Positions 11,881 through 22,522 of a stretch of DNA of 64,000 nt are shown piece after piece. The translations under genes were made by a program, and so were the position numbers. The first letter of the stretch is position 1. Every line of letters begins with the position of its first letter. Origin of the DNA: Nitrospirota bacterium (GTDB lineage: Bacteria; Nitrospirota; Nitrospiria; Nitrospirales; NS-4); contig CAWBGA010000001.1 of assembly GCA_963788195.1 (NCBI GenBank), forward strand, positions 380,949 to 444,948. The letters are read 5' to 3'. The notes under the pieces were generated by a model that had not been told where the DNA came from, searched no databases, and saw only the letters and a list, made by a program, of their open reading frames with translations.

Positions 11881-13245
11881 ATGTTTAAAAGAATTCAGCA
11901 GATCCATTTCGTCGGCATCGGCGGCGCCGGCATGAGCGGCATTGCGGAGGTTCTGCTCACCATCGGCTATAAGGTGTCGGGATCGGACCTTCAAGAATCC
12001 GATACCGTCAAGCGGATCCGTGGCCTAGGCGGCATTGTTTCTATCGGTCATGACGCGGCGAATATCGGCGCGGCTCAAGTGGTCGTGATTTCCTCGGCCG
12101 TGTCGCCTACGAATCCCGAGGTGCTGGCGGCGAAAGCGAAGCTCGTGCCGGTCATTCCCCGGGCCGAGATGCTGGCGGAACTCATGCGACTGAAATACGG
12201 GGTCGCCATCGCGGGGGCCCATGGCAAGACGACCACGACCTCGCTTGTCGCGCATGTGCTCGCGGTGGGCGGGCTCGATCCGACCATTGTCATCGGCGGA
12301 AAGGTCAATGCGCTGGGCAGCCACGCCCGTCTGGGTCGAGGCGAGCTGCTCGTGGCGGAAGCCGACGAGAGCGATGGCTCATTTTTGAAGCTTTCCCCGA
12401 CCATTGTGGCCGTGACCAACATGGACCGGGAGCATCTTGACCACTACGGGACTATGGAACGGCTCACTCAGGCGTTCGTCGAGTTTATCAACAAGATTCC
12501 CTTCTATGGAGTTGCGGTCCTCTGCATCGACGACCCTCAGCTGGCCGCCATGTTGCCTTCGGTCACAAAGCGGTACTTAACCTACGGCCTGAGTCCGGGC
12601 GCTGAACTGCAGGGCACTGACATTGAACTACAGGAGCGAGCCGCGCAATTCTCCGCGCGGCTAAAGGGCGCACATCTTGGCCGCTTCCGTGTCGCCATGC
12701 CGGGGGTCCATAACGTTCGGAATGCCCTGGCCGCAATCGCCATCGGAATGGAACTGGGCGTTCCCACTGCGCAGATTGCGCAAGCTCTCGACGAGTTTAC
12801 CGGCGTGGAGCGCCGGTTCCAGGTCATGGGCGAGAAGGATGGCATTACCATCATCGATGACTACGGACACCACCCGACAGAAATCAAGGCAACGCTGGCC
12901 GCGGCGAAAGGCGGATCAAATCGGCGGCTGCTGGTGCTGTTTCAACCGCACCGCTATAGCAGGACGCAGGATCTGGTAAATGAATTTGCCGCGGCTTTCA
13001 ATGAGGCGGACCTCCTGTTCCTCACGGAGATTTACGCGGCCGGCGAGGCACCGATTCCCGGGGTGACCGGGGAACGGCTGGCGCAGACCATTCAAGGGGC
13101 GGGCGGACCGCCTGTTACCTATGTGCCACGCAAGGAGGAACTGGTGGAAAAAGTGCTTCCCCAGTTGCGGCCGGGCGACATGGTCATCACCATGGGCGCT
13201 GGGGACATCTGGAAGAGCGGCAGGGCGCTGTTTGAGCGCCTATAG
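11881..13245 (+). CDS. murC: UDP-MurNAc:L-Ala ligase
   Basis: [49 protein letters not shown]. Confidence 0.98.
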   Translation: MFKRIQQIHFVGIGGAGMSGIAEVLLTIGYKVSGSDLQESDTVKRIRGLGGIVSIGHDAANIGAAQVVVISSAVSPTNPEVLAAKAKLVPVIPRAEMLAELMRLKYGVAIAGAHGKTTTTSLVAHVLAVGGLDPTIVIGGKVNALGSHARLGRGELLVAEADESDGSFLKLSPTIVAVTNMDREHLDHYGTMERLTQAFVEFINKIPFYGVAVLCIDDPQLAAMLPSVTKRYLTYGLSPGAELQGTDIELQERAAQFSARLKGAHLGRFRVAMPGVHNVRNALAAIAIGMELGVPTAQIAQALDEFTGVERRFQVMGEKDGITIIDDYGHHPTEIKATLAAAKGGSNRRLLVLFQPHRYSRTQDLVNEFAAAFNEADLLFLTEIYAAGEAPIPGVTGERLAQTIQGAGGPPVTYVPRKEELVEKVLPQLRPGDMVITMGAGDIWKSGRALFERL

Positions 13246-13263
13246 AGGGCGAGCCGCCTGCGA

Positions 13264-14201
13264 ATGGAGAAGCGAGCGAGGAATCCGAGACGTGTTGGAA
13301 GGTATTAACGGCACCGTGCGTTTTAATGAGCCGATGAGCCGGCACACGTCCTTCAGGATAGGGGGCCCGGCGGACGCCTACATTGAGCCGGCAGATGTCG
13401 AAGCCCTCCGGCAATTGATGGCATTGACCTTCGCACACAAGATTCCGGTGTTTGTGATGGGAGGCACGAATCTCTTAGTGCGTGACGGGGGGATCGAGGG
13501 CATCGTTGTGCGCCTTGTCCGGTTGGACCGCATCGAGGAGCCTGAGGCAGGGGTCCTGTACGCCGAGGGCGGCGTGTTAATGCCGCGGCTACTGAAGTTT
13601 GCGATGCAGCGGGGACTCACAGGCCTTGAGTTCGCGGCCGGCATACCGGGCAGCGTTGCGGGATGTGTCGTCATGAACGCCGGTACACGGTTCGGAGAGA
13701 TGAAACAGGTCGTGCGAAAAATCCGGGTCGTCACAACCAGAGGCGAGATACTCGATGTTTCCGGTGAGGAGGCAGGATACAGCTATCGTCGCAGCCGGCT
13801 TCCTGAGGGCATTGTTGTAGGGGCTTGGCTCGGGCCTGGAACCCGGTTCGAAGGCGAAGATCGTAGCCACTGTCAAACAATCGCTGCGCCGTCGAAAGGC
13901 CACGCAACCCATCGAAATGCCCAATGCGGGCTGTATCTTTAAAAATCCGGAAGGCGATTCAGCAGGGCGTCTCATCGAAGCCGCGGGCCTGAAAGGCGCG
14001 CATATCGGTGATGCCCAGGTCTCGACCAAGCACGCCAATTTCATCGTCAACAAGGGGAACGCCAGGGCAGGGGATACCCAGGCGCTGATACGGCTCGTTG
14101 CAGACACCGTTGCGGAGAAGTTCGGCACGACCCTGGATTTGGAAGTTCAAATCGTCGGACGCGAGCCCGGAAAGAATGAACGGGAAAGGGGTAGGCGGTG
14201 A
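13264..14201 (+). CDS. murB: UDP-N-acetylenolpyruvoylglucosamine reductase (frameshift about 13830; start approximate)
   Basis: HTSFRIGGPA, GGTNLLV, GLEFAAGIPG, MNAG, NAGCIFKNP, KHANFIVN. Confidence 0.94.
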
Positions 14202-14222
14202 CAGATCGCCCGGTGGCGGGGC

Positions 14223-15200
14223 ATGGCTCTTTTGACCACCAAGCGCATCGCCGTGCTCATGGGGGGGCAATCCACTGAGCGCGAGATCTCGATACGAACC
14301 GGCGAGGCAGTCTTGGCCGCCTTGTTAAAGAAAGGGTACGACGCCATTCGTCTCGATATGGATGCTTCCGTCGCGTATCGATTGCGTGAAGTCCGGGCGC
14401 AGATGGTGTTCATCGCATTGCATGGTGCGGGGGGAGAAGACGGCACGATTCAAGGGATGTTGGAGACGCAGCGCGTGCCATACACCGGATCGGGCGTACA
14501 GGCGTGCGCGATGGCCATGGATAAGGTCGTGACGAAGGCCTTACTGGAATATCATGGCATTCCGGTGCCGAGAGGACTCGTTCGCACCCGGTCTGAACGC
14601 AACACTCGCCTGCCAAGTGGATTTGCATTGCCAGTCGTCGTGAAGCCGATCAACCAGGGCTCGACCGTTGGGATCTCGATCGTAAGACAGCCGCGACAGT
14701 TAGCGCCGGCCATAGAACTGGCGTTGAAGTATGGCGCTACCGTTCTCGTGGAGCAATACATCAATGGCCGCGAGTTGACGGTCGGCGTAGTCAATGACCG
14801 TTCGCTGCCGGTGGTCGAGATTGAAGCGCCCGGCGGGTTCTACGATTACGCGGCCAAGTATACCCGCGGTGCGAGCGTATATAAGGCGCCGGCTCCGATA
14901 CCGGCTCGCACTTCGAAGGTCCTTCAATCCCTGGCCCTCGAAGTGCACCGGCGACTTGGATGCCGTGCTGCCACGCGCGTGGACTTTCGATTAGATGAGG
15001 ATGGGCGTCCATTTGTGCTGGAGATCAATACGGTGCCGGGCATGACGGAGACGAGTCTTCTGCCTATGGCGGCGAAGGTGGCACATCTCACCTATGAGGG
15101 CCTCGTCGAAGCCATTCTCCAGTCGGCTGTCGATCGTGCGGCGATATTCCAGGGGGATAAGGAACGGTTCGCCCCTATTCGCGGAAGGAAAGCGTCATGA
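14223..15200 (+). CDS. ddl: D-alanine--D-alanine ligase
   Basis: GGQSTEREIS, LHGAGGEDG, PYTGSG, MDKV, FYDYAAKY, EINTVPGMT. Confidence 0.97.
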   Translation: MALLTTKRIAVLMGGQSTEREISIRTGEAVLAALLKKGYDAIRLDMDASVAYRLREVRAQMVFIALHGAGGEDGTIQGMLETQRVPYTGSGVQACAMAMDKVVTKALLEYHGIPVPRGLVRTRSERNTRLPSGFALPVVVKPINQGSTVGISIVRQPRQLAPAIELALKYGATVLVEQYINGRELTVGVVNDRSLPVVEIEAPGGFYDYAAKYTRGASVYKAPAPIPARTSKVLQSLALEVHRRLGCRAATRVDFRLDEDGRPFVLEINTVPGMTETSLLPMAAKVAHLTYEGLVEAILQSAVDRAAIFQGDKERFAPIRGRKAS

Positions 15201-15228
15201 AGGGTGTTCTCCTGTTTGAGTCGTGGGG

Positions 15229-15631
15229 CACGGGAGAAACGAGCTCGTCAGGGGCGAAGGAGTTTGTCCCTGCAGATTCCAGGGTGGGTGGGTGCTATAG
15301 GGGAAAGGAAGTCCGTCCCGGGCGCCCTTTGCCTTCTCTTGCAAATGGTCGAAGTGATTCCAGGGTGGGCGGGTGCTACAGGGGAAAAGAAGTCTGTCCG
15401 GGGCACCCGTTGCCTTCCGTACGCAACGGGTCGAAATGACTTAACGGGGCGGGCGGGTGAGAATGAGTGGATGAAGATCAACCAAAGACCAAGACTACCC
15501 CGGCGGCCTTACATAATCATCAGGCCATGGGAGAAACGAACTCGTCTTGGCGAGTTCGGGGGTGGGTTGGGTGTAATGGCGAGCAAGCCTTAGGGGAAAG
15601 AAATCTGTCCAGTCAAGCGTGCGGGTGAAAT
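15229..15631 (-). repeat. Cluster of at least 5 hairpin elements between ddl and ftsQ, including an ~81-bp tandem duplication
   Basis: Reverse strand: CATTACACCCAACCCACCCC-CGAACTCG-CCAAGA-CGAGTTCG-TTTCTCCCATGG (15526-15578); two extended copies (15299-15375, 15380-15465) carry an extra CCCGTTGC..GCAACGGG-type hairpin. Confidence 0.9.
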
Positions 15632-15645
15632 TTTTGGAGGACGAC

Positions 15646-16587
15646 ATGATCCGAAGGCGAGCGAAATCGAATCGTCGGCGAGTTGAAGAACCTGGAGGAG
15701 TCGCCATGAGACGAACCACATACCGCATGCTTGCCATGGTTCTCGTACTGTTATCGGGCTGCGGAGGGTATTGGTATGGCCGGCAGGGCCCGACTCTGGA
15801 TCTCAGGGCAGTTACGGTGTGGGCGGATCAGTTCTTCCCGATCAAATCCGTGGAGATCAATGATGTCCATAAGGTGACCCGCGGAGAAGTGCTCGCCGCG
15901 CTTAACCTTGATGGCGGTAGCGGCCTCATCACGACAGATACCACCAAGTTGAAGCAAAGCCTCGAAGCGCATCCTTGGATACGACAGGCAGAAGTACAGC
16001 GCGTGTTCCCAGATACCTTGGTGGTGGAGGTGAAGGAGCGTGAGCCGGCCGCTGTGCTACGTGCGGGAACCCGCGAAGTGCTCTTGGGGGAGGACGGCGG
16101 CGTCATCGCAGAGGCGGGGCAAGGTACATTTGAAGGATTTCCGATTCTCACGGGAATCGACTATGCCCAGGTGGTTTCTAGGAATTCAGACATCACGGAG
16201 CGGCTGATTGCCGGTATTGGATTGGCCAGCCTTTTAAGCGCCGTCGGAGCGAATCGCATGGAGGTGGACCTGCGGACGCCGGGGGACATGGTCGCCTACT
16301 ACGACGGCTTGAGGATTCGCTTTGGAGAAGGTGCGTTTGAGGACAAGGTCGAACGCTACCTACGGTTGGCGGAACGTGGATTCAAGCGCACAGGGCCGAT
16401 CGAAGACCTTGGTCAGACGCCCGAAAGACGCGAGCCCGGCCCCGACCCGGCTGACCTGCGTGGCGGAGGCTCGCCGGAGGCTTCCAAAGATAGTCAAGTG
16501 GAAGTGGACCTGAGGTTTCAGGATCAAATTATCGTGCGCGATAAAGGGGGGAAGCGGGCGTGGCCCGAAAAGACCAAATCATCGTAG
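15646..16587 (+). CDS. ftsQ: Cell division protein FtsQ/DivIB
   Basis: GGAGG RBS, TM helix, POTRA domain (LEAHPWIRQAEVQRVFPDTL.VEVKER.P), C-terminal DLRF; lies before ftsA. Confidence 0.9.
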   Translation: MIRRRAKSNRRRVEEPGGVAMRRTTYRMLAMVLVLLSGCGGYWYGRQGPTLDLRAVTVWADQFFPIKSVEINDVHKVTRGEVLAALNLDGGSGLITTDTTKLKQSLEAHPWIRQAEVQRVFPDTLVVEVKEREPAAVLRAGTREVLLGEDGGVIAEAGQGTFEGFPILTGIDYAQVVSRNSDITERLIAGIGLASLLSAVGANRMEVDLRTPGDMVAYYDGLRIRFGEGAFEDKVERYLRLAERGFKRTGPIEDLGQTPERREPGPDPADLRGGGSPEASKDSQVEVDLRFQDQIIVRDKGGKRAWPEKTKSS

Positions 16588-17795
16588 GCTTAGACATCGG
16601 CACCACCAAAACCCGCGCGGTTGTCGCGGAGTTGCGGGAAGACGGAGGCGCAGACGTCATCGGTGTTGGAACCAGCCCCTCACGCGGCCTGCGCAAGGGC
16701 GTGGTCATCAACATAGAAGACACCGTCGCCTCCGTGCGGAAAGCTGTTGAGGAGGCTGAGGTTGTCTCCGGCGTCGTTATTAACTCCGTCTATGTCGGCA
16801 TCGCCGGGAGCCATATCAACAGTCTTACTTCTGACGGCTTGGTTGCCATCAAGAGTCGCGAGGTCACCCGCGCCGATATTCTTCGCGCTGTGAACGCTGC
16901 GCGGGCTGCCGCGATCATCAAATCCGATCATCGCGTGCTACATGTACTACCGCGCGGGTTTATTGTCGACGAGCAAGACGGCATCCGCGACCCGCTTGGC
17001 ATGTCGGGATCCCACCTCAAGGTCAATGTCCACATCATCACCGGCGCGGTGACCTCGGTTCAGAACCTCATCAAGAGCGTCGAGAGGGCCGGGCTGGATG
17101 TCATCGGCATCATTTTGCAGCCGCTGGCTTCGAGTGAGGCGGTGCTCAGCGAGGATGAGCGCGAGCTTGGCGTCGCGATGGTCGATATGGGAGGGGGGAC
17201 GACCGATCTCGCGATCTTCTCGGACGGCAGTGTCATGCACACGGCCATCATCCCGGTTGGAGGGGATCATTTCACGAACGATATCGCCGTGGGCCTGAAA
17301 ACCGCACGCACGGAGGCCGAGCGCCTCAAGGTGCAGTACGGATGCGCGCTGTCATCACTGGTCAAGGATGATGAGACCATTGATGTGACGAGCATTGGGA
17401 ACCGACCGCTCCGGACACTTTCGCGAAAGCTGCTGGCCGATATTATCGAGCCGCGCGCCGAGGAGTTGTTCGATCTCGTGGCGCACGAGATCAAGCGTGC
17501 AGGTTACGAGGGAGTCGTGACAGGAGGGATTGTCGTGACGGGCGGCACCTCGCTCATGGAGGGGATGGCGGACATGGCCGAGCGGATCCTGGACCTTCCC
17601 GCGAGGCGTGGCTTGCCCACGGGCGTGGGGGGCATTCACGAGCATGTCGGCAATCCCATGTTTTCCACGAGCGTCGGGTTGATCATTCACGCACTCCATC
17701 AACAGGAAGACCTGGGAATACACGGATATCGGAAAGGGCGAGGATTGTGGCGGGTGGTTGAACACATGAAAAGTTGGGCACGGGAGTTCTTTTAA
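16560..17795 (+). CDS. ftsA: Cell division protein FtsA
   Basis: [42 protein letters not shown]-terminal amphipathic WAREFF. Confidence 0.98.
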   Translation: MARKDQIIVGLDIGTTKTRAVVAELREDGGADVIGVGTSPSRGLRKGVVINIEDTVASVRKAVEEAEVVSGVVINSVYVGIAGSHINSLTSDGLVAIKSREVTRADILRAVNAARAAAIIKSDHRVLHVLPRGFIVDEQDGIRDPLGMSGSHLKVNVHIITGAVTSVQNLIKSVERAGLDVIGIILQPLASSEAVLSEDERELGVAMVDMGGGTTDLAIFSDGSVMHTAIIPVGGDHFTNDIAVGLKTARTEAERLKVQYGCALSSLVKDDETIDVTSIGNRPLRTLSRKLLADIIEPRAEELFDLVAHEIKRAGYEGVVTGGIVVTGGTSLMEGMADMAERILDLPARRGLPTGVGGIHEHVGNPMFSTSVGLIIHALHQQEDLGIHGYRKGRGLWRVVEHMKSWAREFF

Positions 17796-17820
17796 CTCTT
17801 ACGCAAACAGGGAGGCGCGC

Positions 17821-18984
17821 ATGTTTTTGCTTGACGATGACGCGAATGTCTCGGAGGTGAAAATCAAAGTCATTGGAGTCGGAGGGGCCGGCTGTAATGC
17901 GGTGAACACAATGATCGCCTGCGGACTCGATGGAGTTGACTTTATAGCGGTCAATACCGACGCCCAAGCTTTGGGAGTGTCCCGGGCGCCTCTTAAACTA
18001 CGGATCGGGAAGAATGGCCTCGGAGCAGGCGCTAATCCTGAAGTCGGACACGAAGCGGCGCTGCAAGGCGCCGATCAGATTCGCGAAGCGCTGGAAGGCT
18101 GCGACATGGTCTTCGTCACGGCTGGCATGGGTGGCGGAACCGGCACCGGCGCCGCCCCCGTCATTGCGTGCATCGCCCGTGAAATGAAGGCCCTGACCGT
18201 GGCGGTCGTGACGAAGCCGTTTCAGTTTGAAGGCGGCAAGCGCATGGCGCGGGCGGAGGAAGGTCTGACTGAGCTACGTAAGTATGTTGATACGTTATTG
18301 CTCATCCCGAACCAGCGGCTTTTGGGGGTCATCGATAAGACGACGCCCCTACGGGAGGCTTTTAAAGTAGCCGATGACGTGTTGCGGCAGGCCATTCAGG
18401 GGATCGCCGACCTTATCAAGGTTCCCGGTCTGGTGAATGTCGACTTTGCCGATGTTCGCACCGTCATGGGACACATGGGGCGTGCGGTGATGGGAATGGG
18501 CGTGGCCCGAGGGCCCAACCGTGCCGTGGAGGCAGCCCAAAAGGCCATCTCCAGTCCGCTTCTGGAAGAAGGATCCATAAACGGCGCAAAGGGGGTACTG
18601 CTTAACATAACCGGCGGCCGTGACCTGTCATTGCACGAAGTCAGCGAAGCCTCATCGGTCATCCAACAGGGAGCGGACAAGGACGCGAACATTATCTTTG
18701 GGGCGGTGATTGACGAACGGCTTGAAGATGAAGTGATGATCACGGTCATCGCGACCGGATTTGAACGGAAAGAGGCTTTGCCGTGTCCCACGATCCGCTC
18801 TATTCAGACGGCGTTGGAAGAGCCGGCGAGCGAGTCCCTTCCGAAGCGCCCGGAGCGACCCGCCTTCATTCGGCGTTACGCCGCAGCGCGGGAAGGCGCA
18901 CCTGAGCGCATTGCTCCACGGACAATGATGGCTACTGAGGAAGAATGGGATGTGCCGACGTTCCTTCGCCGGCAAGGGGATTAG
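17821..18984 (+). CDS. ftsZ: Cell division protein FtsZ
   Basis: [36 protein letters not shown]-terminal DVPTFLR. Confidence 0.99.
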   Translation: MFLLDDDANVSEVKIKVIGVGGAGCNAVNTMIACGLDGVDFIAVNTDAQALGVSRAPLKLRIGKNGLGAGANPEVGHEAALQGADQIREALEGCDMVFVTAGMGGGTGTGAAPVIACIAREMKALTVAVVTKPFQFEGGKRMARAEEGLTELRKYVDTLLLIPNQRLLGVIDKTTPLREAFKVADDVLRQAIQGIADLIKVPGLVNVDFADVRTVMGHMGRAVMGMGVARGPNRAVEAAQKAISSPLLEEGSINGAKGVLLNITGGRDLSLHEVSEASSVIQQGADKDANIIFGAVIDERLEDEVMITVIATGFERKEALPCPTIRSIQTALEEPASESLPKRPERPAFIRRYAAAREGAPERIAPRTMMATEEEWDVPTFLRRQGD

Positions 18985-18995
18985 GCTGATCAACC

Positions 18996-19715
18996 ATGCC
19001 TTCTGCTGGCGTGATTACGATTCCTCAGTTTGCCGGCGAGGCTCGCGGCGTCGTGCATGCATTTGGGACCAGGGCTGTCTGTGCTATCCCTGCCGTGCAC
19101 AACGATGGGACACAATTCCAGGTCGTATCCGTAAATCAGGTACATGGGATCGACGTGCTGATTCTTGCCGGCCGCGTGACCGATTCCGAAGTCCGCGACG
19201 CGGCTTCGGCGGGGAACTTCGACGCGATCATTACCGACAGGCCACGGATGTGGCTGACCGTCCGAACGGCAGACTGTGTGCCGATTCTTTTCCTGGGACC
19301 AGACCGCGGTGTGATCGGGGTCGCGCATGCCGGCTGGCGGGGAACCGTGGGAGGAATTGCAGCGAAGGTGGTCCGGCTGATGCAGGAAGTCTTTGACTGC
19401 AAGCTTGATCTCGTGCAGGTGGCCATCGGGCCTTCCATCGGGCGCTCTTGCTATGAAGTGGATGAGCCCGTTTTGGGGCCTATGAAGCGGGCGTTTCCCT
19501 TCTGGTCAAAGGTTGTGTCCGACACCGGTGGTGGCCGGGGGCACCTGGATCTTCGAGGCTTAAACCGGCTCGCACTCGAGGCCGCAGGTGTTCAGCCGTC
19601 CCAAATTTTCGCGGTGAACCTTTGTACGGCGTGTCATCCGGACCTGTTCCACTCGTACCGCCGTGACGGGAAGCGCACAAGACACATGATCAGCGGTATT
19701 GCGCGTGTTCAATAG
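18996..19715 (+). CDS. pgeF: Peptidoglycan editing factor PgeF (YfiH/YlmD)
   Basis: QVHG, TADCVPI, HAGWRG, IGPSIG..CYEV, CTAC, SYRR. Confidence 0.93.
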   Translation: MPSAGVITIPQFAGEARGVVHAFGTRAVCAIPAVHNDGTQFQVVSVNQVHGIDVLILAGRVTDSEVRDAASAGNFDAIITDRPRMWLTVRTADCVPILFLGPDRGVIGVAHAGWRGTVGGIAAKVVRLMQEVFDCKLDLVQVAIGPSIGRSCYEVDEPVLGPMKRAFPFWSKVVSDTGGGRGHLDLRGLNRLALEAAGVQPSQIFAVNLCTACHPDLFHSYRRDGKRTRHMISGIARVQ

Positions 19716-19807
19716 GGCTTATCAAATCCGGGTGCATCAAGTACAATACACACCTGTGACAGCGCCTTGCCACAGGAGGAAAGAAAATCCGCACATATGG
19801 CCCTTCG

Positions 19808-20539
19808 GTGGAAGAGGTTTCGCGCGAGAGTGATTTTAGGGACCGCCTGCAATGGGTCCGCGAGCGCATCGAGCGCGCTGCGCGCCTGGCGGGACGCAAC
19901 CCCGTCGACATCCGATTGATCGCGGTTACCAAGACCGTTTCGGTTGACCGAATGCTGGCCGCCGCGGCATGCGGCTGCCGAGCGTTCGGAGAAAATCGGA
20001 TTCAGGAAGCTCTGTGCAAAATGGAACAGGTGGAGGCCCCCGGTTGCTGTGAGTGGCACCTTCTCGGCCCCCTGCAGAGTAATAAGATCAAATCCGTAGT
20101 TGGACGGTTTGCAGTGCTGCATGCTATTGATCGGGTGTCCGTGGCCGGGCATTTGGAGAAAGCGATTGAAGGACGGGGTATGCGTCAACAGGTTCTTCTC
20201 CAGGTCAATGTCTCGGACGAGCCCGGCAAGCATGGCTTCCATCCTGACAAGCTTGGCGAAGCTGCTGTTGAAGTCGCGAAGTTTAAAAATCTTCAAATCA
20301 CGGGCCTCATGACGATCGCGCCGGTGAGGATTTCATCTGAGGAGTGCAGGCCTTATTTTCGTCATTTGAGAAAATTGGCCGAGCAATTGGACCGCGAACG
20401 TATCCCGGGGGTCGTAATGAAGGAGCTCTCTATGGGCATGTCAGCAGATTTTGAATGTGCCATCGAGGAAGGCGCAACCATGGTGCGGATCGGTCGGGCC
20501 TTATTCGGGCCGCGCCCACCATTGGAAAAGGCCCAGTGA
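19808..20539 (+). CDS. yggS: PLP homeostasis protein YggS
   Basis: LIAVTK, FGENRIQE, WH..GPLQSNK, GLMT, LSMGMSAD, GATMVRIG..LFG. Confidence 0.95.
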   Translation: MEEVSRESDFRDRLQWVRERIERAARLAGRNPVDIRLIAVTKTVSVDRMLAAAACGCRAFGENRIQEALCKMEQVEAPGCCEWHLLGPLQSNKIKSVVGRFAVLHAIDRVSVAGHLEKAIEGRGMRQQVLLQVNVSDEPGKHGFHPDKLGEAAVEVAKFKNLQITGLMTIAPVRISSEECRPYFRHLRKLAEQLDRERIPGVVMKELSMGMSADFECAIEEGATMVRIGRALFGPRPPLEKAQ

Positions 20540-21342
20540 CCAAGATCGCGATCATCGGAGGCGGTAATATGGGAGAGGCCCTCCTTGCCGGGCTCTTATC
20601 AGACGGCACGGCGCTACCGGCTGATCTCTGGGCCACAGACGTGGACAATGACCGGCTCAGCGCCCTTGGATCACGATACGGCATACGAACCGGCCAGGAT
20701 AACGGAAAGGCCGCGGCTTGGGCGGATGTCCTTGTGCTCGCAGTCAAACCGCAAACGATGAGCCACGTGTTGGATGGCCTGAAAGATCATCTGTCGGAAC
20801 GGACGCTGGTGATCTCCGTCGCCACAGGCATCCCCCTGGCCCGGATTGCAGCGGTTCTAGGGGGAAACCGCAAGCTGATCCGGGTCATGACGAACACGCC
20901 CGTTCTCGTGCGCGCCGGCGCCTCGGTGCTGGCGATTTCCCCACTGGTTTCTTCTCAAGACCGAGACCTGGCAATCCGCCTGTTCGAAGCCGTCGGAAAG
21001 GTCATTCTGCTTGAGGAGCACCTGATGGATGCCGTCACGGGACTCAGCGGAAGCGGACCGGCGTTTATCTTTCCAGTCATCGAGGCGCTGGCCGATGGCG
21101 GGGTGAAGATGGGTCTGCCTCGCGAGACCGCGCTTTTGCTGGCGGCACAAACGGTCTTCGGCGCCGCCAAGCTGCAGCTCGAAACCAACGAGCATCCGGG
21201 GCGGCTTAAGGACAAGGTCGCGTCTCCCGGGGGGACGACCATTGCGGGACTGCACGTACTTGAAACGGCTGGGGTCCGCGCGGCGTTCATAGCAGCCGTA
21301 GAGGCAGCGACAAAACGCGCTGAGGAATTGGGGAGGCAGTAA
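20536..21342 (+). CDS. proC: Pyrroline-5-carboxylate reductase
   Basis: IGGGNMG, LAVKPQ, RVMTNTP, GLSGSGPA, VASPGGTT. Confidence 0.96.
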   Translation: MTKIAIIGGGNMGEALLAGLLSDGTALPADLWATDVDNDRLSALGSRYGIRTGQDNGKAAAWADVLVLAVKPQTMSHVLDGLKDHLSERTLVISVATGIPLARIAAVLGGNRKLIRVMTNTPVLVRAGASVLAISPLVSSQDRDLAIRLFEAVGKVILLEEHLMDAVTGLSGSGPAFIFPVIEALADGGVKMGLPRETALLLAAQTVFGAAKLQLETNEHPGRLKDKVASPGGTTIAGLHVLETAGVRAAFIAAVEAATKRAEELGRQ

Positions 21343-21653
21343 TGTTCGTGGCCGGAAACTTCCTCTCCGCGGTAGCCATGGTCCTGCACATGCTGCTTCA
21401 GGCCTATATCTGGGTGATCATCATTCGCGCTCTGGTTAGCTGGGTAAATCCCGATCCCTGGAATCCGATCGTCCAGATCTTGAACCGCCTGACCGACCCG
21501 CTGCTCGATCCGATTCGTCGCCGATTGATGCGGTTCGGGGGCTACGGTGGAATGGGCGTGGACTTGTCCCCGCTTCTCTTAATCGCCGTTGTGTACTTGG
21601 TCGATTTTTTTTTGGTCGCAACTTTACAGGATCTGGGCACCCGGATGCGGTGA
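21342..21653 (+). CDS. yggT: YggT/YlmG family membrane protein
   Basis: SWVNPDP.NP, LTDP.L.PIRR, DLSP. Confidence 0.92.
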   Translation: MFVAGNFLSAVAMVLHMLLQAYIWVIIIRALVSWVNPDPWNPIVQILNRLTDPLLDPIRRRLMRFGGYGGMGVDLSPLLLIAVVYLVDFFLVATLQDLGTRMR

Positions 21654-21734
21654 ATCCGGTCGCCGCTCTGATGGCGCGGATGCGTTCACGGAGCGGTAGG
21701 GTAAGCGGTTTTCTTTCTTTAGAAAGGCACGCCG

Positions 21735-22211
21735 ATGAATATAACACCGCTCGATGTTCAGCAGCAGGAGTTCAAGAGTCGTTTTCGGGGGCTTGATCCC
21801 GAGGAGGTGCATGCCTTTCTTCGGACGGTCTCCGAAGCCATGGAGGATCTCGTCAAGGAAAACGTCGCCTTGAAGGAGCAACTGGAGAGCTCGCAGGTGC
21901 AGTTGGACGGGCTGCGGCAGAAGGAATCCGCACTGAACGACGTCCTCGTGTCGACCCAGAAAATGAGCGAGCACCTCAAGCAGGCCGCTCAGCGTGAAGC
22001 AGATCTGATCCTTAAGGAAGCGGAGCTGAAAGCCGACGATGTCTTGAAAAAGACTCAAGAGGAGTATGGCATCCTGCAGCGGGAAATTCTGATGTTGCAA
22101 AGGCACCGCATCGCCGCTCTGGAGAAGCTACGGGCCGTACTGCAGAGCTTTCAAAAGATGGTCGAATTTGAGGAGTTGGATCCGGATACTGTCGATCCGC
22201 GCGACCGGTAG
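21735..22211 (+). CDS. divIVA: DivIVA domain protein
   Basis: ITPLDV...EF...FRG.D.EEV..FL followed by a coiled coil. Confidence 0.9.
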   Translation: MNITPLDVQQQEFKSRFRGLDPEEVHAFLRTVSEAMEDLVKENVALKEQLESSQVQLDGLRQKESALNDVLVSTQKMSEHLKQAAQREADLILKEAELKADDVLKKTQEEYGILQREILMLQRHRIAALEKLRAVLQSFQKMVEFEELDPDTVDPRDR

Positions 22212-22213
22212 GG

Positions 22214-22522
22214 ATGGTGAAAACCAGAAGCGCTGGTGTCGAGGCGATGCTGGCGATTCGGGTTCAGCCGGGTGCCCGTCAAAACGCCGTGAGCGGTTGG
22301 ACCGGAGACACCGTGAACCTGCGAGTCACCTCGCCACCGGTAGAGGGCGCGGCAAACATCCTCTGCCTGGCAATACTTTCCGAACTGTTGAACATTCCTC
22401 GATCGCATCTGACCCTTGTCAAAGGGGTACGGTCCCGCAACAAAGTCGTCCGCATTCTGGGGCTTAGCCGAGAGCAGGTGGATGTACGCCTAGGCCGTCC
22501 CGCTTCTCAACGAGATGCGTGA
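22214..22522 (+). CDS. DUF167/YggU family protein
   Basis: RVQPGA, VTSPPVEGAAN, G.RSRNK. Confidence 0.9.
   Translation: MVKTRSAGVEAMLAIRVQPGARQNAVSGWTGDTVNLRVTSPPVEGAANILCLAILSELLNIPRSHLTLVKGVRSRNKVVRILGLSREQVDVRLGRPASQRDA

Noticed and set aside
2367..14201. Apparent pseudogenisation or programmed frameshifting of ftsI, murE, murF, mraY, murD, ftsW, murG and murB
   Set aside because: These are essential genes with all motifs intact. Scattered single-base indels confined to one stretch fit low-coverage long-read errors.
15197..15593. ORFs 15197-15439 and 15204-15593 as genes
   Set aside because: Translations of the repeat cluster with no recognisable protein features.
16390..16500. Low-complexity insert in the FtsQ C terminus as another copy of the hairpin family
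   Set aside because: Lacks the CACCC leader, the CCRRGA loop and the TTTTCCC tail.
18996..22522. divIVA/ylm-type cluster in an apparent diderm as a novelty
   Set aside because: The pgeF-yggS-proC-yggT-divIVA-DUF167 order is already known from several diderm lineages.
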